64,000 bases of DNA from NCBI GenBank assembly GCA_037447605.1, contig CM074804.1, positions 8,223,909 to 8,287,908 of the forward strand. Reading direction: 5' to 3'. The translations under genes and the position numbers were made by a program. The notes beneath the pieces were generated by a model, which did not search any database, was not told the DNA's origin, and saw only the letters and a program-made list of their open reading frames with translations. The DNA comes from Zygnema circumcarinatum SAG 698-1b. Taxonomy: Eukaryota; Plantae; Zygnematophyceae. This document shows positions 59,372 through 64,000 of the stretch, piece after piece (within the stretch, counting starts at the first letter, position 1; every line of letters begins with the position of its first letter).

Positions 59372-60126
59372 CTCCGTCAGAGCAACACGTTTTTGCCCGA
59401 ATGTCTTCTCGAGTCACCAGCTAAGTAAGCAGGCAATCAAGATTGGAGGAACTCTTGATTGATGTTTCTGAAGGACAGTGGCCAGACCCTTAGTGACATG
59501 CATGCGAGAGAGAATGCAGATTCATTTATTCAATCAGTAAGAGCTTTTGCTGGTCGATGTCTTTTCGTCATTCTCTTTCTTCCACTTTTTTTTTTTTTTT
59601 TTTGGAATGGGGGGGAGTGGGGGCGGGTTAACAGAAAAAAAGCTTTCTGTGCTTGAATACTTAGAAACGAGGTATTCAGCAAACTCAGGAAAATGGTGAA
59701 ATTCTCTCTCCTCCCCTCCCCCTATCAGACCTACAAACAAAATATCCTCCTTTCCTGCACAAATTGTGTTGCATCACAGTCACACCCAAGACGGGTATCG
59801 GAGAATCAAAGCACGGCGACACAACATACCGGAGGAGGAGATGACCCAAATCTCAATCACTGCTTGAAGCCATGCTTCTTCAAATCTTTCAACCCTCCCT
59901 CCCTTGCTGCTGCTTCATTTCTAAATCGATTTTCTGTCGGATTTTAATCGTCATCACAAGCATTTCCTGCAAGCAGCTGCTTATCAATCGCCCTCCAAAC
60001 CCCAAGCCCAAGCAGCCGTACAAACCCACCTGTCCAATTTTTCAAGAAAAAGCAAAAACCAGGTTTTCTGCTACCCCAATTTGGCAATGTTAACCCACTT
60101 GATGACGTCATCTCTAGAACCAGCCA

Positions 60127-60209
60127 GTACCGTACAAGTCCTTTGGCCCTGGCGGCCGTTTGTCCGTACATTTGTACACGGCCGTTGGTCTGTAGACTCT
60201 GTACTGTAC
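60127..60209. promoter_or_regulatory. GTAC cluster in the Lin0512/transporter divergent promoter
   Basis: 6 GTAC in about 85 bp, next to the palindrome GATGACGTCATC (60101-60112). Confidence 0.55.
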
Positions 60210-60599
60210 GAACGGGCCCCGGGGGCCGCCAACAGCCAACGGCTGTAGGGGGGTGGTTGGTTGGTTGGTTGGTTGGGCAGCCCGCGCTCTCTCTCTCTCT
60301 CTCTCTCTCCCCCCCTCTCCGTCTTCAGGAGCTAAAAGCTGCGTGCGAGGGACGAGGAGGGAGAGAGGTTGGAAGAGAGAGGGGAGAGGGTAGGGGATTG
60401 GGGGGAGGGGGGATAGGGAGGGAAGGAGGGAGGGAAAGGGGTAGTGAGGGAGGGGAGGGGTGGGAGGATAGGGGAAAGGGGGAAGGGAGGCAAAGAGGGA
60501 GGGGCGAGGCGGGAGGATAGGGGAGGGAGGAAGGGAGGGGAGAGTTGGGAGGATAGGGGAGAGAGAGTGGGAGGGAGAGAGGGAGGGAGGGGAGGGAGG

Positions 60600-63500
60600 A
60601 TGGTTGAGGATGCAAAGACGGCGCAACTGTTTCGCACCTACGCGTCTTTGGCGGCCTACGTGTCGCTCTCGTCCCTGCAAATATTTTTCAACAAAGTATG
60701 CGGCAGATTTTTTATTTTTGATTTTTTGATTTTTTCCTGATCCTTTCACCTAGACAACATCGATGCTTTCGCATTTTTTTCAACGTATGAGGATTGCATT
60801 CATTCAAATTGACAAAAAATATCGTCAGTCCTTTCGCCTTATGTGCCATTACTTGGTGATTGAAGAGTGCCGTCTGCAGAACCGGTGTGAACGCTTTACG
60901 TTTGCCCTTGAATTTGCGGCTTGTAAGGCTCCCAAACGACGGCTTTCAAAAGTGCGCTTGCAATTAGGCAGGAATACTCAGTTTGCTGTAATAGTTTTGC
61001 AAATGATGCACAATTGGCAGCAACCCCTTGACTGCTCTGCTATGTTTGAAATAGCCAGAACTTTCTCCCTCCCTCCCCCCTCTCTCTCACTCGTTCTCTC
61101 TCGCTTGGAAGCTAGTGCCTTCACAATGTATAAATTGACCGTCTTGAAATGACATTAAGGTGCAGGAAAGGTCAACTGTCTCCCTCTTCGTATGTCATTA
61201 AGAAGTCACTAATAACACGAGGAAAGACTATGCTTTATCCAAACATTTTTAGGGAAAAACAATTGTTTACGCAGCAATACTGATTAATTTGTCATTTTTT
61301 AAAGCCTACTTGATAGTTATTGAAGAGGCACAAGGAGAACCCCGTCCCTTTTTCTTTTTATCTCTCGCTTTCCCTCTCACAGACACACAAACAGACGCAC
61401 AACCTAGATAAAGTGTAACCTTTCAAGAATGTGCCACTAGCTTTGTTTTATTTTGGTAATCCCCTGCTTTTGGATTTCGATACAGGTTCTCCTCTTTTCT
61501 CTTTCAATTCCCTCAAATTTCGTAGTATGTCGACTATGTGTTATTTGTTATTGTATTGTAAGCCGTCATAAGGTTATTTCACCGTAGTAGGTAACGCTCT
61601 TCATGAGCTTCTTTTCTTAAGGCTTGGGTTACATGTAAATCTTATCGTGATATGCTTTCAAAGTGTTAGTGCTGTCTATGGACCAATTAGGGCGGTTGCC
61701 TGAGGCAGCTTCTGACTCGTGAGTGGTAGGGAATTTTCCTTTTTCGGCATTTTGCAGTGGATCCTTTCATCCTCATATTTCAATTTCCCGTACCCTGTGG
61801 CACTCACTCTCCTTCATATGGTGTTCTCAACAGTTCTGTGCTTCATCGCAGTTCGCGTCTTCCGCGTGAGGCTCAACTTAACTAAACACAGCCTCGTTTT
61901 AAGGGGAGGAAATAAGGAATATGGGAGACAGGAACCTAAGCTTACATTCCTTTTTTTATGTGGGGGAGTCTGATTTAATAACTTTCTGATGGAAAGTTTG
62001 TCTGTATATGCTGACAGGTGGTTACACTTCAACCAGGAATGACCACCGAGTTGTAGGATTCTCTTACTTCTCTTCCTTATTGACGTGCTCGAGCTGAAGA
62101 TAGATGCATGCTGGTGTGTGAACGTAACAAGCAAATCTACCTCTCAGAGTTGAAGAAGACCTTGTATTGGCTCCACGAATCGATGGGGCTTCCATTAGTC
62201 TATAGGATTGTGCTACTTCCAAGTTTCCATATTCAATGTCCTCTAAGAGAGGATAATGATGTCTGGCCATTACTGACATTGGGAGGGATCTGGATCGAGG
62301 GCTTGCCAGGTACATAAAGTCAGTTATTCCCATTGGAGTAGCTTTTGCTGCGACGCTATGGCTTGGAAACACCGCGTATTTATACATTTCAGTAGCTTTT
62401 GCACAAATGCTGAAAGCAGTTAGTAAGTGATTCGCCCTTGAAACCGCTTTCTCGTGCATCTCCTTGCCTCTGCACTAGTGAGGCTTTTAATGTGGGCTAA
62501 TAAAAGGAGCGTGTGGATTGAGAGATCAGCAGATATGGAGAGAGGGAGGGAAAAGAGAAAACTGAGACTCCAAGAAAGTGGGATGGACGAGCGGAAACAG
62601 AGCGCAGCAGAGAGAAAAAGTGGGGAAGAGGAGAGTCAAGAGGAGGGCCGAGATTAGACTAGGAGAAAGAGAAAGGTGAGGAGAGCAAATTTAGAGAGGG
62701 AATAGCGACAGGAAGATTGACGGAGCAACTCGAGAGTGTGAGTCTGTTCTATGTTCCAGTTCTGTTGGGAATTCAATCCTAACTTATATTTGGTCCACTA
62801 TTTTTGGGGATGGTCTTCCAGTGCCAGTTGCAGTATTTTCCTTGGGCGTTGCTGTGGGCTTGGAAGCGTTAAGCTACCGCATGCTCGGCATTATGTCCCT
62901 TATTAGCGGAGGGGTAGTCTTAGCTTCTTACGGAGAAGTGCAGTTCGAATGGATTGGCGTGATATACCAGCTTGGAGGAGTGGCGGGTGAAGCAGCTCGC
63001 CTGATCCTGACTGAGATACTCTTGAAGCGGCGAGGACTAAAGCTCGATCCCTTCACTATGATGTACTATGTGAGCCCTTGCAGGTGACCTTTCCACCCTC
63101 CCCTGCCGTTCTCGCAATTTCCCCCTTTCCCCTCTACCCCCTCCCCCCTACCCCCTCCACCTTCCCCTCCCCTTCCGCCCCCCCCCCCCTCCCCCTACCC
63201 CCTCCACCTTCCCCTCCCCTTCCGCCCCCCTCCTCCCTCCCTTCAACTCCCCATTGTCACTTCCTCTCTCACTCGCTTTCTCCTTGCCCTACAGCCGGGT
63301 TCATATGCACTCTCGCTTGGATGTATGTGCGTGTTGCTGCAAGTGAGTGAGTAAATCTCCACGCTACACTTTAGAATGGGCTCAAAACAGTACATCTAAC
63401 CGTATACCCCGTCCTCGATTTTCGCTTTTTCTTTGAGGCAGTGCGGTGTGTCTGTTGGTTCCGTTTCTCATTTTGGAGCAGCCTCAGATGAGCGCAGCTC

Positions 63501-64000
63501 CCGCCTTCAGGTTTGACCCCCTCATCATGGCCCTCAACGCCATGTGCACATTCGCGCTCAACGTGTCCGTGTTCCTGGTCATCATCCACAGCAGCGCTCT
63601 CACTGCGCGGGTGGCGGGAGTGGTCAAGGACTGGCTGGTTGTGCTCCTCTCTGCTGCCCTCTTTGCAGACACTCAGCTCACAGCCATCAATCTCATAGGC
63701 TATGCCATTGGTATGCTCTCCCCCTCTCTCTCTCTCTCTCGCCCTCCCTCTAGCTCTCCCTCGCCCTCCCCCTAGCTCTCCCTCGCCCTCTCTCTAGCTC
63801 TCCCTCGGCCTCGCATTCTCCCACTTTCTCTCCCTCTCTCCCCTCCCCCTTCCCCCGCCCCCTCCCTCCTCGCCCCTTCCCTTCCTCCCCCCCCTCTCCG
63901 CGCACACCCACTCTCCTCTTATGGGATGTAAGAGCCTGTGAGGCGCAGCTATCGGGGGAGTGGCCATGTACAACCAGCACAAGCTGCGGAGCCCTCCTCG
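60600..64000 (+). CDS. TPT/nucleotide-sugar transporter family protein, At3g14410/At1g53660-like; 3' end beyond the window
   Basis: Exons 60600-60695, 61758-61865, 62018-62052, 62310-62422, 62822-63083, 63442-63710 and 63949 onward. Product: SLSSLQIFFNKWILSS..NFPYP, TLWLGNTAYLYISVAFAQMLKA, MYYVSPCS, SALTARVAGVVKDW. Confidence 0.93.

Overview
Eukaryotic, intron-rich nuclear DNA with land-plant-like gene homologues and microsatellite-filled introns; most likely a streptophyte alga or other non-seed plant (inference). The assembly has seven N gaps, three of them (2857, 28288, 56331) flanked by near-exact duplicated contig ends. I reconstructed ten genes by hand from exon homology and GT-AG boundaries: a Cys-less AhpC/TSA-2 thioredoxin-fold protein (+), a small CHORD-like Zn-finger protein (-), presequence protease PreP (-), P2A Ca/Mn-ATPase ECA3 (+, partly hidden in a gap), a RIN13-like Cys/His protein with a tandemly duplicated terminal exon (-), a 3-helix SemiSWEET/PQ-loop-like protein (-), an ABC-F protein (-), a GONST5/UDP-GalT1-like nucleotide-sugar transporter (+), a Lin0512-family protein (-) and an At3g14410-like transporter (+, runs off the window). 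Mobile DNA comprises a Ty1/copia element seen both as a TSD-flanked solo LTR and as 5' LTR-PBS-gag at the same site, a second related putative LTR, and a probable decayed PIF/Harbinger transposase. The most notable unexplained patterns are dense GTAC clusters in every divergent promoter and in the LTR U3, a satellite-bearing duplicated alternative last exon, a half-size sugar-transporter-like gene, a hairpin with a compensatory change inside an LTR, a palindromic CCAAT array, and a U12-type donor in ABCF. Family assignments come from recalled motifs, not database searches.
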